Source: a virus
Virus record (IMG/VR): IMGVR_UViG_3300029305_004190
DNA: 64,000 bases
Reading direction: 5' to 3' (one strand)
Shown here: piece after piece, positions 7,752-16,205 of the stretch
How the letters are laid out: each line of letters begins with the position of its first letter
How positions within the stretch are numbered: the stretch's first letter is position 1
Notes under the pieces: generated by a model
What the model was told of the DNA's origin: nothing
What the model saw: only the letters and a program-made list of their open reading frames with translations
The model's database searches: none
Position numbers and translations under genes: made by a program

Positions 7752-9236
7752 ATGTTCAAAACAAGCATTGCATCAACGCCTTTGACATCTGATGCAGCGA
7801 ACGCCTATTTCCATAATATCTATGGTGATAACTTCGGAAGCGATAACTCGTTTGTCGCTACACTGCGAGCGTTGGTGGCTCCTCGAATGAAAGAGGATGA
7901 GCACATATACCTTATGTTTGGTCAGTCGAACTACGACACAACCGCTGTAAGTAGTGCACCGACCGAAAGGGTTGTTTCAGCAATCTGCCGCAACTATGAG
8001 CTGAATGATACAAATGGTACGATTATCATTCACAGCTTCACATCCAGCGAAGAAAACAATCTCGCAAATTTCCGAGCAATCGGTGCAAAGTTCACGTCAT
8101 GTTATGACGGATACCACTGTCTCGACAAGGTTAAGGCGTTCTACCATAAGTCTTTTATCGTTGACTGTTATATCAATCCCGAACGGAAAAATGTTATCGT
8201 GTTTGTCGATAACCTCGATACGAAAAAGCTTCACTATCTGCAGGTTTCAATCTTGGCTTTCCTGCCTTGGTACTTTGACCCCGAAGCAGGTGTATCCGAG
8301 CTTGAAATGGAACTCCTTTACTCCCTCCGCGAGACAACTTCGGAAAAATACGAAAGCTGTATTGCAAAAATCGCAGAGGCTTACGACTTCAAGAGCGCAA
8401 GAGTTCGGCAGTTGCTTGCCGGTTTTGAAACTCGCTATGAGCGTATGGAATGCGATAAGGTGCGCAGAGAAATCCAGCAGTTTGACAATGAAATGAATCG
8501 TCTCAACGAACAAATCGGTGTTCTTTTGGGACGAAGAAATGATACTTGTATCAAGCTGATGGGGCTTGAACGTAAAATCGCCGAGGGTGGCGAAGATTCC
8601 GAAATTATGGAATACTTCCTCTGTAACAACAGATTGTATCTTGAGAATGTTACTGACCAAGATATGTATTTTGCTGTCAAGGATTATCTCATGTATTTCG
8701 ACCGTGAAATGGCAGAGAGAGCAATCAGCAATACGCGCAGCTTTGTATATCCGTATGACAACAATACTCATAACGGCATCACGAAAGACGGCATGAAAAA
8801 GCTCATGACAGAGATTTTTGTCAGCGAAGAACCGAGACTGAGAATCAAATTCTGTGCCGCATACCGATTTGCTCTGAATGGAAGCGTTAGTACACAGGGT
8901 GGTCACCGTTTCCCGAGTGAGTTTTCTGACTGTATGCCAAACACCCATATCGACAGATACAACTGTATGGGTAACTATCCGATGACCATCAATAAGCTTC
9001 TTGCAAACCACGATTACATAGGTGCACTTGAACAGTGCATTGCTTCGTGTAAGAGTCTCAACTGGGGTGACAGTACAGTCATGGGTTCCTTTATGGAAAA
9101 TATGTGGGGCAGTGGTCGCACAAACAATCGTTGTATCGAACTTCCCGATGGTCGAGTGGTCAAGCCTGTTGAAGCCATCAAATGGCTTGAAGAACAGGAG
9201 GCAATCTCAAATGTCAAGGAAAAAGAGGAGGAATAA
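7752..9236 (+). CDS. Large Cys-rich hypothetical protein (494 aa) inside the Ubl/JAB/E1 operon
   Basis: GAGAGG SD; central coiled-coil segment; no motif recognised by eye (E2-like HPN motif not found). Confidence 0.65.
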   Translation: MFKTSIASTPLTSDAANAYFHNIYGDNFGSDNSFVATLRALVAPRMKEDEHIYLMFGQSNYDTTAVSSAPTERVVSAICRNYELNDTNGTIIIHSFTSSEENNLANFRAIGAKFTSCYDGYHCLDKVKAFYHKSFIVDCYINPERKNVIVFVDNLDTKKLHYLQVSILAFLPWYFDPEAGVSELEMELLYSLRETTSEKYESCIAKIAEAYDFKSARVRQLLAGFETRYERMECDKVRREIQQFDNEMNRLNEQIGVLLGRRNDTCIKLMGLERKIAEGGEDSEIMEYFLCNNRLYLENVTDQDMYFAVKDYLMYFDREMAERAISNTRSFVYPYDNNTHNGITKDGMKKLMTEIFVSEEPRLRIKFCAAYRFALNGSVSTQGGHRFPSEFSDCMPNTHIDRYNCMGNYPMTINKLLANHDYIGALEQCIASCKSLNWGDSTVMGSFMENMWGSGRTNNRCIELPDGRVVKPVEAIKWLEEQEAISNVKEKEEE

Positions 9237-9243
9237 ACAGAAA

Positions 9244-10149
9244 ATGAGTAAGCCAATCAAAATGACAGAGCAGTACATGAGCGAATGCCGTGCTGACTTT
9301 GAAAAAGCATTACAGCTTACCAAGCTTGCTGATGGTAAGCTGAATTTCACCAAGGTCTTTTCCATTGCAGACAAGAAAGCAACTGTTTACTTCACGGGCG
9401 AGGCATGGACGAAGATGGTCATGCTCATTAAGGAGTTTGACAAGGAAGTAGCATGGCATGGTGTTGCACGTCGTGTCGAAGACGAGTCCAAGGACGAGTA
9501 TATCATCTCCGATATCATGGTATATCCGCAGACAGTTACCGGTGCATCAGTTGAAATGGATACTGAAAAGTATGCAGTGTGGCTGATGGATAACGCCGAT
9601 GATGAGCGTTTCGATAACATCCATATGCAGGGTCACTCCCATGTCAATATGGGAACCACTCCTTCAAGCGTTGACCTCAATCATCAGGAAGAAATCCTGA
9701 ATATGCTTGGTGATGAGGATTTCTATATCTTCATGATATGGAACAAGTCTTTCACAAGCACAAACAAGGTGTATGACCTGAAGAAAAACATCCTGTTTGA
9801 GGACAGAGATATCACCGTAAAGATTATTGGCGGTGTTGAAGACCTTGATGCCTTTGTCAAGGCGGCAAAAGACATGGTAAAAACCAAAGCATATGTCACC
9901 CCATCCTACAATGCCAATGGTGGATATCAGTACAACAAGCCCGCCGGAACTCCGTACAATCCGGTATCTACCACAACCACTCCCAAGTCCGATAAGTCCG
10001 ATGACAAGGAAAATAAGAAGAGTGGTAAAAAGGACAAGCCCAGAACAAAAATCGAGGGCACATCCGGCAAAAATGCTTGTCAGCAAAGCATCTTCGATAT
10101 GTATGATGATGCGGACGACCCGTACAGTTCATATTACAGGGGGTATTAA
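9244..10149 (+). CDS. JAB/MPN+ (JAMM) metalloprotease-domain protein with low-complexity basic C-terminal tail
   Basis: HMQGHSHVNMGTTPSSVD = H-x-H-x7-S-x2-D JAMM zinc motif with upstream Glu residues; GAGGAGG SD; alternative in-frame ATG at 9211. Confidence 0.65.
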   Translation: MSKPIKMTEQYMSECRADFEKALQLTKLADGKLNFTKVFSIADKKATVYFTGEAWTKMVMLIKEFDKEVAWHGVARRVEDESKDEYIISDIMVYPQTVTGASVEMDTEKYAVWLMDNADDERFDNIHMQGHSHVNMGTTPSSVDLNHQEEILNMLGDEDFYIFMIWNKSFTSTNKVYDLKKNILFEDRDITVKIIGGVEDLDAFVKAAKDMVKTKAYVTPSYNANGGYQYNKPAGTPYNPVSTTTTPKSDKSDDKENKKSGKKDKPRTKIEGTSGKNACQQSIFDMYDDADDPYSSYYRGY

Positions 10150-10152
10150 GAT

Positions 10153-10824
10153 ATGGATTTATCCAAAAGCTACGAATATTTTCAGCCTGAAAAGCAGGAC
10201 GACCGCATCCACATCATCGGATGCGGTTCCGTCGGCTCTACAGTCGCATATATGCTGGCACGTACCGGCGTAACCAATTTCACTCTGTGGGATTTCGACA
10301 TTGTCGAACCTCACAACCTCGCAAATCAGATGTTCCGTCAGAAAGATATCCATAAGCCCAAGGTCGAGGCGCTGCTTGATATTATCTGCGAAATCAATCC
10401 CGATATCGCAGAATGTGCAAAGCTCAAACCCGAGGGGTGGAAAGGACAGCAGCTTTCCGGTTATGTGTTCCTTTGCGTAGACAACATCGACCTGCGCAGA
10501 GAAATCGTTGAAAAGCATTTCGATAATCCGTATGTCAAGGCAATGTTCGATTTCAGAACTCGTCTTGAAGATGCACAGCATTATGCTGCTGACTGGTCAG
10601 ACTATAAGATGAAAAAAGATTTCCTTAACTCCATGAATTTCTCTCACGACGAAGCCAAGGAAGAAACTCCTGTGTCAGCGTGCAATGTAACGCTGTCGGT
10701 ATGCCCCACTGTCCTTGTAATCTGCGCAAGAGGTGTGGCGAACTTCATGAATTTCTGGAACGGCAAAGGAATCAAGAAGCTTGTTCTCGACGATGCGTTC
10801 AAGTTCGTCTGTGACGCATTCTAA
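10153..10824 (+). CDS. E1-like adenylyltransferase (ThiF/MoeB/ubiquitin-activating family), 223 aa
   Basis: IIGCGSVGSTVAYMLARTGV Rossmann GxGxxG motif, DFDIVEPHNLANQ (ThiF DxDxxExSNLNRQ-like), LCVDNID; translationally coupled to the JAB gene. Confidence 0.75.
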   Translation: MDLSKSYEYFQPEKQDDRIHIIGCGSVGSTVAYMLARTGVTNFTLWDFDIVEPHNLANQMFRQKDIHKPKVEALLDIICEINPDIAECAKLKPEGWKGQQLSGYVFLCVDNIDLRREIVEKHFDNPYVKAMFDFRTRLEDAQHYAADWSDYKMKKDFLNSMNFSHDEAKEETPVSACNVTLSVCPTVLVICARGVANFMNFWNGKGIKKLVLDDAFKFVCDAF

Positions 10825-10859
10825 AAACAATTCAAAAAAGATGAAAGGAGGTGTGTGCC

Positions 10860-11663
10860 GTGGATGTAAAGATAAGCGACCTTAAAATCGGCGCACAACT
10901 GATACTGGGGAAATATGGTGTCAGAAATAACATTCCTTTCCCGGTTATGTGGCTTAAATGCACTCCAAACAGTGATTTTATAACGCAATCAGCGGTCGAT
11001 TATCTGCCTTTTGATGCAAATGAGCCTGATAATGATGAGTTCAGAGGATATGGAAACCCAAATTACGGATTATCCAATCTCTTGGCATTCATGAATAGTG
11101 CCGATGAGTCATGGTATCGACCGACGCATTCGACGGATACGCCTCCCGACATGATGCATACCACACGGTCATCCCAGTATCAATCACACTATGGTTTTCT
11201 GTATCACTTTGAAGAGTACGAGATTGAAAGCCTTGTGAAGACAACTGTTGAGGTGTCGGGCGAACGTGTCACTTCTGCGATTCGTTTACCATCGAGTGAG
11301 GAACTTTCGGGAGCACAACGATTCGAATTGTTCCAGCGAAAAGGAATCCGAGCTAAAGGCACTGAGGATATGATTGCCAATCGCCTCGGGCATAATTTCG
11401 ATTACAATTCATTCATTCCGGTTTGGGTGCGTAACAAAAGTGTGCACTTTGTCAAGAGCGCATTGTGCCTGAGCAGAAATTGTAGTCTGGATACGGTATC
11501 ACCTCGGAACAGTTCGGGATTGCGTCCTGTTTGTACAATCAATCCTGATACGCCAGTGATTCTCGGCGAAGATGGATACTACTACATAAAACCCCGTCCC
11601 GTACAGCGAAATGTCTATACAGACGAGGAGCTTTTTGAACTCTTAGGTTTGGCGCAGCCTTAA
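10860..11663 (+). CDS. Hypothetical protein (approx. 268 aa)
   Basis: GTG 8 nt after GGAGG (alternative GTG at 10851); no recognisable motif. Confidence 0.55.
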   Translation: MDVKISDLKIGAQLILGKYGVRNNIPFPVMWLKCTPNSDFITQSAVDYLPFDANEPDNDEFRGYGNPNYGLSNLLAFMNSADESWYRPTHSTDTPPDMMHTTRSSQYQSHYGFLYHFEEYEIESLVKTTVEVSGERVTSAIRLPSSEELSGAQRFELFQRKGIRAKGTEDMIANRLGHNFDYNSFIPVWVRNKSVHFVKSALCLSRNCSLDTVSPRNSSGLRPVCTINPDTPVILGEDGYYYIKPRPVQRNVYTDEELFELLGLAQP

Positions 11664-11664
11664 T

Positions 11665-12016
11665 TGCGCCGAAGCTGTAACGCATTTTCCCTCTGGGGAG
11701 CTTTACGCCAAAGGCTAAAGTAACACATTGCTGGAGAAGATATACACCGCCTCCCTGAAAGGAGGAGAAGGCGCCACGAGAAGTCGGCGAGCCAATCGCC
11801 GGATTGCGGTCGTCTTGACATTTGAATATCACATATACATTTCTTTGTCAAGCCACTTTCCACACTTTTCCACATCACAATCGGTACATTTGGATTACTT
11901 TTCTCGAAAAGACTCCGAAATCACCGTCAGCCCGTGCCTCAGAACTCGAACGAAGAGTCTGGGCAGAAAGCTGCACTTTTACAAAGGTTACAGCCTCTAA
12001 TTTTGGATAGGAGGTA
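11665..12016 (+). ncRNA. Putative structured non-coding RNA upstream of the reverse transcriptase (candidate retron msr/msd-like template RNA)
   Basis: 352 nt with no ORF; several perfect hairpins (CGGCGA-gccaa-TCGCCG; CTTGACA-25nt-TGTCAAG; CTTTTC-tc-GAAAAG); imperfect inverted repeat gaagctgtaacg (11671-11682) / ggttacagcctc (11986-11997) resembling retron a1/a2 boundaries. Confidence 0.3.
11701..11739 (+). repeat. Copy 1 of a ~40-nt paralogous motif (ctttacgcc-aaaggctaaagtaacacattgctggagaag), followed by a GC-rich hairpin region
   Basis: About 80% identical to copies at 13215-13253 and 13488-13528, all in + orientation. Confidence 0.55.
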
Positions 12017-13159
12017 ATGAATATGATTTATATCACAGTAAAACAATCTCCGATATATCATCAAATGACTATCGAAGAACTCCTTATGCAGGATTTCACT
12101 GCTCCTGCAGTTATAAATCCGAATTTGACAAACACAAAAACATACGAAGTGGAGTATGTTAGCGAAAGATTCATGCGCAGACTTGATGTGGATATGCTTA
12201 TTGCAAAGCTCGTCCAGTTCAATCAGTCGGTTGAATCGCTGCGCCAACAGAAACGCAGCGACCTGTATGAAACATTCTATATTCCTAAAAAGTCAGGTGG
12301 TCTTAGAAGAATCGACGCACCCAAAGCTGAACTTATGGATGCGTTGCGTCGGCTCAAGACCATCTTGGAAGAAGATTTCCATGTTCTCTATCATACATCA
12401 GCATTTGCCTATGTAAAAAAGCGTTGTACAGTTGATGCAGTTAAGCGCCACCAAGCCAACAACAGTAAGTGGTTTGGCAAGCTCGACCTCCACGATTTCT
12501 TTGGAAGCACCACTTTGGATTTCGCTATGTCTATGCTTTCAAAAATCTTCCCTATCAGCGAAGTGGTTAAGGTGGAGACAGGCAGAAATGCATTGCAATG
12601 CGCGCTCGAACTTGCTTTCCTTAATGGCGGACTTCCGCAGGGGACTCCCATTTCACCGCTCATCACAAATGTTATGATGATTCCGGTTGATTTCAAGTTG
12701 GCAAATACCTTGAGAGAGTTTGAACAGCAGAAATTTGTGTACACCAGATATGCGGATGACTTTATCATTTCGTCCAAATATGACTTTGATGTACATAAGG
12801 TCGAAGAACTTGTTGTTTCAACTCTCAAGGATTTCAATGCTCCATTTTCAATCAACGCTTCTAAAACAAGATATGGCTCATCTGCAGGACGAAATTGGAA
12901 TCTCGGTGTAATGCTGAATAAAGACAACGAGATTACAGTTGGTCACAAAAAGAAACACCAGCTTCAGTCTATGATGTTCAACTATATCACCGATAAACGT
13001 AAGGGCATCGAGTGGAGTCGTGAAGACATCATGGTAATGCAGGGACTGCATAGCTATTATCGCATGGTTGAAGAAACAGTGATTGATGCAATCGTAAAAC
13101 ATATCAATGAAAAGATGGGCGTAGATGTATTGCGCCTTATCAAAGAAGATTTAAGATAA
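12017..13159 (+). CDS. Reverse transcriptase, retron-type (RT-only, 380 aa)
   Basis: FYIPKKSGGLRRIDAP (RT motif 1/2), LDLHDFFGST (motif 4), GLPQGTPISPL (motif 5), YTRYADDFII (YxDD); C-terminal region aligns by eye with retron Ec86 RT around the VTG region (here NLGVMLN) and downstream (IMVMQGLHSYYRMVE ~ HVRGWLSFILSVD); GGAGG SD. Confidence 0.85.
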   Translation: MNMIYITVKQSPIYHQMTIEELLMQDFTAPAVINPNLTNTKTYEVEYVSERFMRRLDVDMLIAKLVQFNQSVESLRQQKRSDLYETFYIPKKSGGLRRIDAPKAELMDALRRLKTILEEDFHVLYHTSAFAYVKKRCTVDAVKRHQANNSKWFGKLDLHDFFGSTTLDFAMSMLSKIFPISEVVKVETGRNALQCALELAFLNGGLPQGTPISPLITNVMMIPVDFKLANTLREFEQQKFVYTRYADDFIISSKYDFDVHKVEELVVSTLKDFNAPFSINASKTRYGSSAGRNWNLGVMLNKDNEITVGHKKKHQLQSMMFNYITDKRKGIEWSREDIMVMQGLHSYYRMVEETVIDAIVKHINEKMGVDVLRLIKEDLR

Positions 13160-13214
13160 ACAACTGGCGGTTGGACAAACCGTCCACCCTGTAATGCATA
13201 GCCTTTCGAGGCGC

Positions 13215-13253
13215 TTATCGCTTATGGCATAAGTAACACATTGGTGAGAAAGA
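13215..13253 (+). repeat. Copy 2 of the ~40-nt motif (cgcttatggcataagtaacacattggtgagaaag), followed by a GC-rich hairpin region
   Basis: Shares aagtaacacattg core and flanks with copies 1 and 3. Confidence 0.55.
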
Positions 13254-13487
13254 AGGAAGGCGGGCGACGCGACGCCGGGCTCCGAAGACCGGTCATCGCA
13301 CAACTTCAGTCCAATTCATCTGATGAGATTTACCTTCAAGCCCTTGTCGCACAATAAGACACTGCTCATCGCTCACCAGCAAAGCAGGTTCTGCAGCATG
13401 AATCCGGTATCCTTCTGCTGGCAGCCATCCTACGTAGATTACAGGAAATAAAACACATTTGCAATGAATAATACTCTATTGAGTATG

Positions 13488-13528
13488 CTTTACGCTCATG
13501 GCTAAAGTACCAACTTGCTCGGAGAACA
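13488..13528 (+). repeat. Copy 3 of the ~40-nt motif (ctttacgctcatggctaaagtaccaacttgctcggagaaca), followed by a GC-rich hairpin region
   Basis: Shares ctttacgc...ggctaaagta...ttgct.ggagaa with copy 1. Confidence 0.55.
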
Positions 13529-13747
13529 GAGGGCACGCACTGGAGGTGCCGTCCCGGTGACCATGGTCTGGCAAGAGCTTGGACAACATCCTCAGAAAGC
13601 CCAAACCACTGTGCCACAATAAGGACGACCCGAATTCAACTGTAAAATATAATTTTTACAGCTCTATAAAAGATGTCTCCTAAGCTTCCGCCCAGTCTTC
13701 AGATGCCTGCTTATCCTATGTAGATTGCAAATGAGAAAGGAAAATTC

Positions 13748-14434
13748 ATGATATATGTAACCGGTGATATCCACGCACACATCGACATCGGGAAGTTAAA
13801 TACACAGAGATTTCCCCAACAAAAATCATTGACTAAATCGGACTATCTCATCGTATGCGGTGATTTTGGACTGGTATGGGATAACTCCAAAAGTGACCTG
13901 TATTGGCGAGATTGGCTGTCAGATAAACCATTTACCACATTGTGGGTGGATGGAAACCATGAGAACTTTGAACTGTTATATCAGTTCCCGCTTGAAGATA
14001 AATTCGGCGGAAAGGTTCGTGAAATCGCACCCAGCATATATCATTTGGATAGAGGACAAGTCCTCACCATTGACAATAAGACGTTCTTTGTTATGGGCGG
14101 TGCTGCTTCGCATGACAAAGAATATCGCAAGGAACATATATCTTGGTGGAAAGATGAGTTGCCAACCGTCGCAGAGATGGAACGAGGTATCAAAGCACTT
14201 GAAGCCAATAACTGGACAGTTGATTTCGTTATTTCACATTGCGCTCCGCGCTCTGTCCAGACAATGATTGCCAGTTGGTATGAAAGTGACCCATTGGTCA
14301 GCTTCTTTGAACGAGTTCGAACAGACCTTAATTTTAAGAAGTGGTTCTTTGGTCACTATCATGTTGATAAACAGCTTAACGAGCAGTTTATTGCACTGTA
14401 TAACAATATTATTCCTCTCGATACAGTTTGTTGA
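13748..14434 (+). CDS. Calcineurin-like metallophosphoesterase
   Basis: GDIHAH, CGDFG, GNHE motifs in canonical order. Confidence 0.8.
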   Translation: MIYVTGDIHAHIDIGKLNTQRFPQQKSLTKSDYLIVCGDFGLVWDNSKSDLYWRDWLSDKPFTTLWVDGNHENFELLYQFPLEDKFGGKVREIAPSIYHLDRGQVLTIDNKTFFVMGGAASHDKEYRKEHISWWKDELPTVAEMERGIKALEANNWTVDFVISHCAPRSVQTMIASWYESDPLVSFFERVRTDLNFKKWFFGHYHVDKQLNEQFIALYNNIIPLDTVC

Positions 14435-14515
14435 CAAAAATGAAATCTGGAACATATTGTGGCGCAGTTGTTTAATGACTATTTGATAGAATGTGTTATT
14501 GCATATAACACATAC

Positions 14516-14589
14516 AGGGGTGTGGTGTAATGTAACATAGCGGTCTCCAAAACCGCCTGATTGGGGTTCGAATCCCTACACCCCTGCCA
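14516..14589 (+). tRNA. tRNA-Trp (anticodon CCA) with atypical D loop lacking GG
   Basis: AGGGGTG/CACCCCT acceptor, GCGGT-CTCCAAA-ACCGC anticodon arm, TGGGG-TTCGAAT-CCCTA T arm, G-CCA; D arm GTGT-AATGTA-ACAT. Confidence 0.65.
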
Positions 14590-14836
14590 GTTGTCGGGTC
14601 GCTCCCGACTGATGTGAGAGTGTGAGCAGGAATCCTCACGGAGAATAACAATGTCCGCTGAAAACAGTATGAATGCGTACCACGACAGGTCAATGAATCT
14701 GTCACGCTTAACATACCGACAATCTAAGCGGGAACTGCTCCAAAAAAGACATTTTAACTGGATGTCGCGCCCTGCTCGGGAGAAAGAGCCGCCACCCGGA
14801 GGGCGACCATGGTGAAAAAAACATCCGGGGCACTAA

Positions 14837-14931
14837 TGGGGTATCGCCAAGCGGTAAGGCATCAGACTTTGACTCTGACAAGAGCGGTGTAATGCCCTCG
14901 CTCGCCGGTTCGAATCCGGCTACCCCAGCCA
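14837..14931 (+). tRNA. 95-nt tRNA with anticodon TTG (Gln) but an unusually long (~24 nt) variable arm
   Basis: TGGGGTA/TACCCCA acceptor, GCC-AAGCGGTAA-GGC D arm, TCAGA-CTTTGAC-TCTGA anticodon arm, variable arm GAGCG-12nt-CGCTC, GCCGG-TTCGAAT-CCGGC T arm, G-CCA. Confidence 0.55.
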
Positions 14932-14957
14932 ATAAAAATCAAGAAAGGAATTGAACA

Positions 14958-15515
14958 ATGAAACCTTATGATGTAGGCTTAATATGTGGACGATTCCAGA
15001 CTTTTCATAAAGGACATGAGAAGTTGGTGGAAACAGGCTTGATGCTCTGTGACCGTCTTCTCATTCTCATCGGAAGCTCTCAGGAATGTGGTACAGAACG
15101 TAATCCATTAAATATCAATACAAGAACCAAGATGCTGAAGATGGTATATGGTGATGACCCAAACATTATGATATATGGTCTCCCTGACCTGTCAAATGAA
15201 AATGATATCCGTCCTGAATGGGGACGTTATTTGCTTGCCAACGCAGACCGATACATCTATAAGAATCCCGATGTCATGATTTATGGCAACGATGAGAGTA
15301 GAAGCGCTTGGTTTGCAAAAGAAGATTTGAAATATACAACAGAACTTATCATCAATAGAAGCGAGCTTCCTATCTCCGCGACTATGTTAAGAAAATACAT
15401 GGTTGAGGATAACCGCAAGGCTTGGATGGAGCTTGTGAATCCAAAGCTTCATAAGATGTATGATGAACTTCGCCGTGAACTCATGACAGTTGAATTCTAT
15501 CAACAAATGTCATAG
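14958..15515 (+). CDS. nadM: Nicotinamide/nicotinate mononucleotide adenylyltransferase (NMNAT, NadM/NadR-type cytidylyltransferase fold)
   Basis: ICGRFQTFHKGHEKLV (HxGH nucleotidyltransferase motif), 185 aa, C-terminal ISATMLR; GGAA SD. Confidence 0.8.
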   Translation: MKPYDVGLICGRFQTFHKGHEKLVETGLMLCDRLLILIGSSQECGTERNPLNINTRTKMLKMVYGDDPNIMIYGLPDLSNENDIRPEWGRYLLANADRYIYKNPDVMIYGNDESRSAWFAKEDLKYTTELIINRSELPISATMLRKYMVEDNRKAWMELVNPKLHKMYDELRRELMTVEFYQQMS

Positions 15516-15674
15516 TCAATAAACAAGGGTTTACAGTAATGACTCCAAACCAGAAACCCTGAGACCTACCATGTAGGGCGACAGCGATTGTGTAAGGCAA
15601 CGTATTGCGCTGTTAGGGAGTTATGTGAAAGTCAAGCCATCCAATTCTGGATGTTCCGTTATAGCCGGCATCAT

Positions 15675-15768
15675 GGAGAGTTAAGCATAATTGGTACTGC
15701 AGCGGATTGCTAATCCGTTCGCCGTCATTTAGTGCGGCGTGGAGGTTCGAGTCCTCTACTCTCCGCCA
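15675..15768 (+). tRNA. tRNA-Ser (anticodon GCT), type II
   Basis: GGAGAGT/ACTCTCC acceptor, GCGGA-TTGCTAA-TCCGT anticodon arm, CGCCG-TCATTTAGTG-CGGCG variable arm, GGAGG-TTCGAGT-CCTCT T arm, G-CCA. Confidence 0.75.
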
Positions 15769-15771
15769 AGT

Positions 15772-15847
15772 GCTGGAATAGTTCAGTTGGCAGAACAGGG
15801 CATTCGTACTGCTCAGGTCTTCGGTTCGACTCCGAATTCCAGCTCCA
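15772..15847 (+). tRNA. tRNA-Thr (anticodon CGT)
   Basis: GCTGGAA/TTCCAGC acceptor, GTTC-AGTTGGCA-GAAC D arm, GGGCA-TTCGTAC-TGCTC anticodon arm, TTCGG-TTCGACT-CCGAA T arm, T-CCA. Confidence 0.8.
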
Positions 15848-16050
15848 TTTAGGAGAGGCTATACTCCGAGGTACCCTTGAGGTCTGGAGCAACAAGGAAA
15901 AAGAAAGTCCCCAGAATGTTTTACGGTGTTCAGACAAACCGCCATAGAGCAGAAGTGTTTAGGGTCAGTGCTCCCATATAGCAAGTGTGGAGAGACGGTA
16001 AGGACAAGGCGTGGAAATCTGCAGAAGCGCGAAAAACCCTTCACAAATAC

Positions 16051-16126
16051 GCTGGTGTAGCTCAGATGGTAGAGCACTGGTTTTGTACTCCAGATGTCGC
16101 GGGTTCGATGCCTGTCACCAGCTCCA
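16051..16126 (+). tRNA. tRNA-Thr (anticodon TGT)
   Basis: GCTGGTG/CACCAGC acceptor, TAGCTCAGATGGTAGAGC D arm, anticodon loop TTTGTAC, GCGGG-TTCGATG-CCTGT T arm, T-CCA. Confidence 0.8.
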
Positions 16127-16129
16127 TAC

Positions 16130-16205
16130 GCTGATGTAACTCAGTTGGTAGAGTAGCGGATTTTTAATCCGTCAGTCGCAGGTTCGACTCCTGTCATCGG
16201 CACCA
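16130..16205 (+). tRNA. tRNA-Lys (anticodon TTT)
   Basis: GCTGATG/CATCGGC acceptor, AACTCAGTTGGTAGAGT D arm, GCGGA-TTTTTAA-TCCGT anticodon arm, GCAGG-TTCGACT-CCTGT T arm, A-CCA. Confidence 0.8.

Noticed and set aside
11701-11739. Interpretation of the 40-nt repeated motif as a T7/SP6-like single-subunit RNAP promoter (ACACATTGCTGGAGAAG resembles ACACTATAGAAGAG)
   Set aside because: Only three copies exist in 64 kb and all flank the RT rather than sitting upstream of gene blocks, and no phage RNAP is encoded in the window. Kept only as a remote possibility.
11813-11842. TTGACA hexamer at 11813-11818 as a sigma-70 promoter
   Set aside because: No acceptable -10 element at 16-18 nt spacing; the TTGACA is part of the CTTGACA...TGTCAAG hairpin.
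11665-13330. Diversity-generating retroelement (DGR) interpretation of the RT locus
   Set aside because: The repeats flanking the RT share only a ~40-nt core at about 80% identity, not the >100-bp near-identical TR/VR pair with adenine-specific differences. None of the copies lies in the 3' end of a coding gene, and no avd-like accessory gene is present.
13366-13617. 83-aa minus-strand ORF downstream of the RT
   Set aside because: It lies in the GC-rich hairpin region carrying the repeated motif, has no SD, and its Cys/Arg-rich product looks like a GC-composition artefact.
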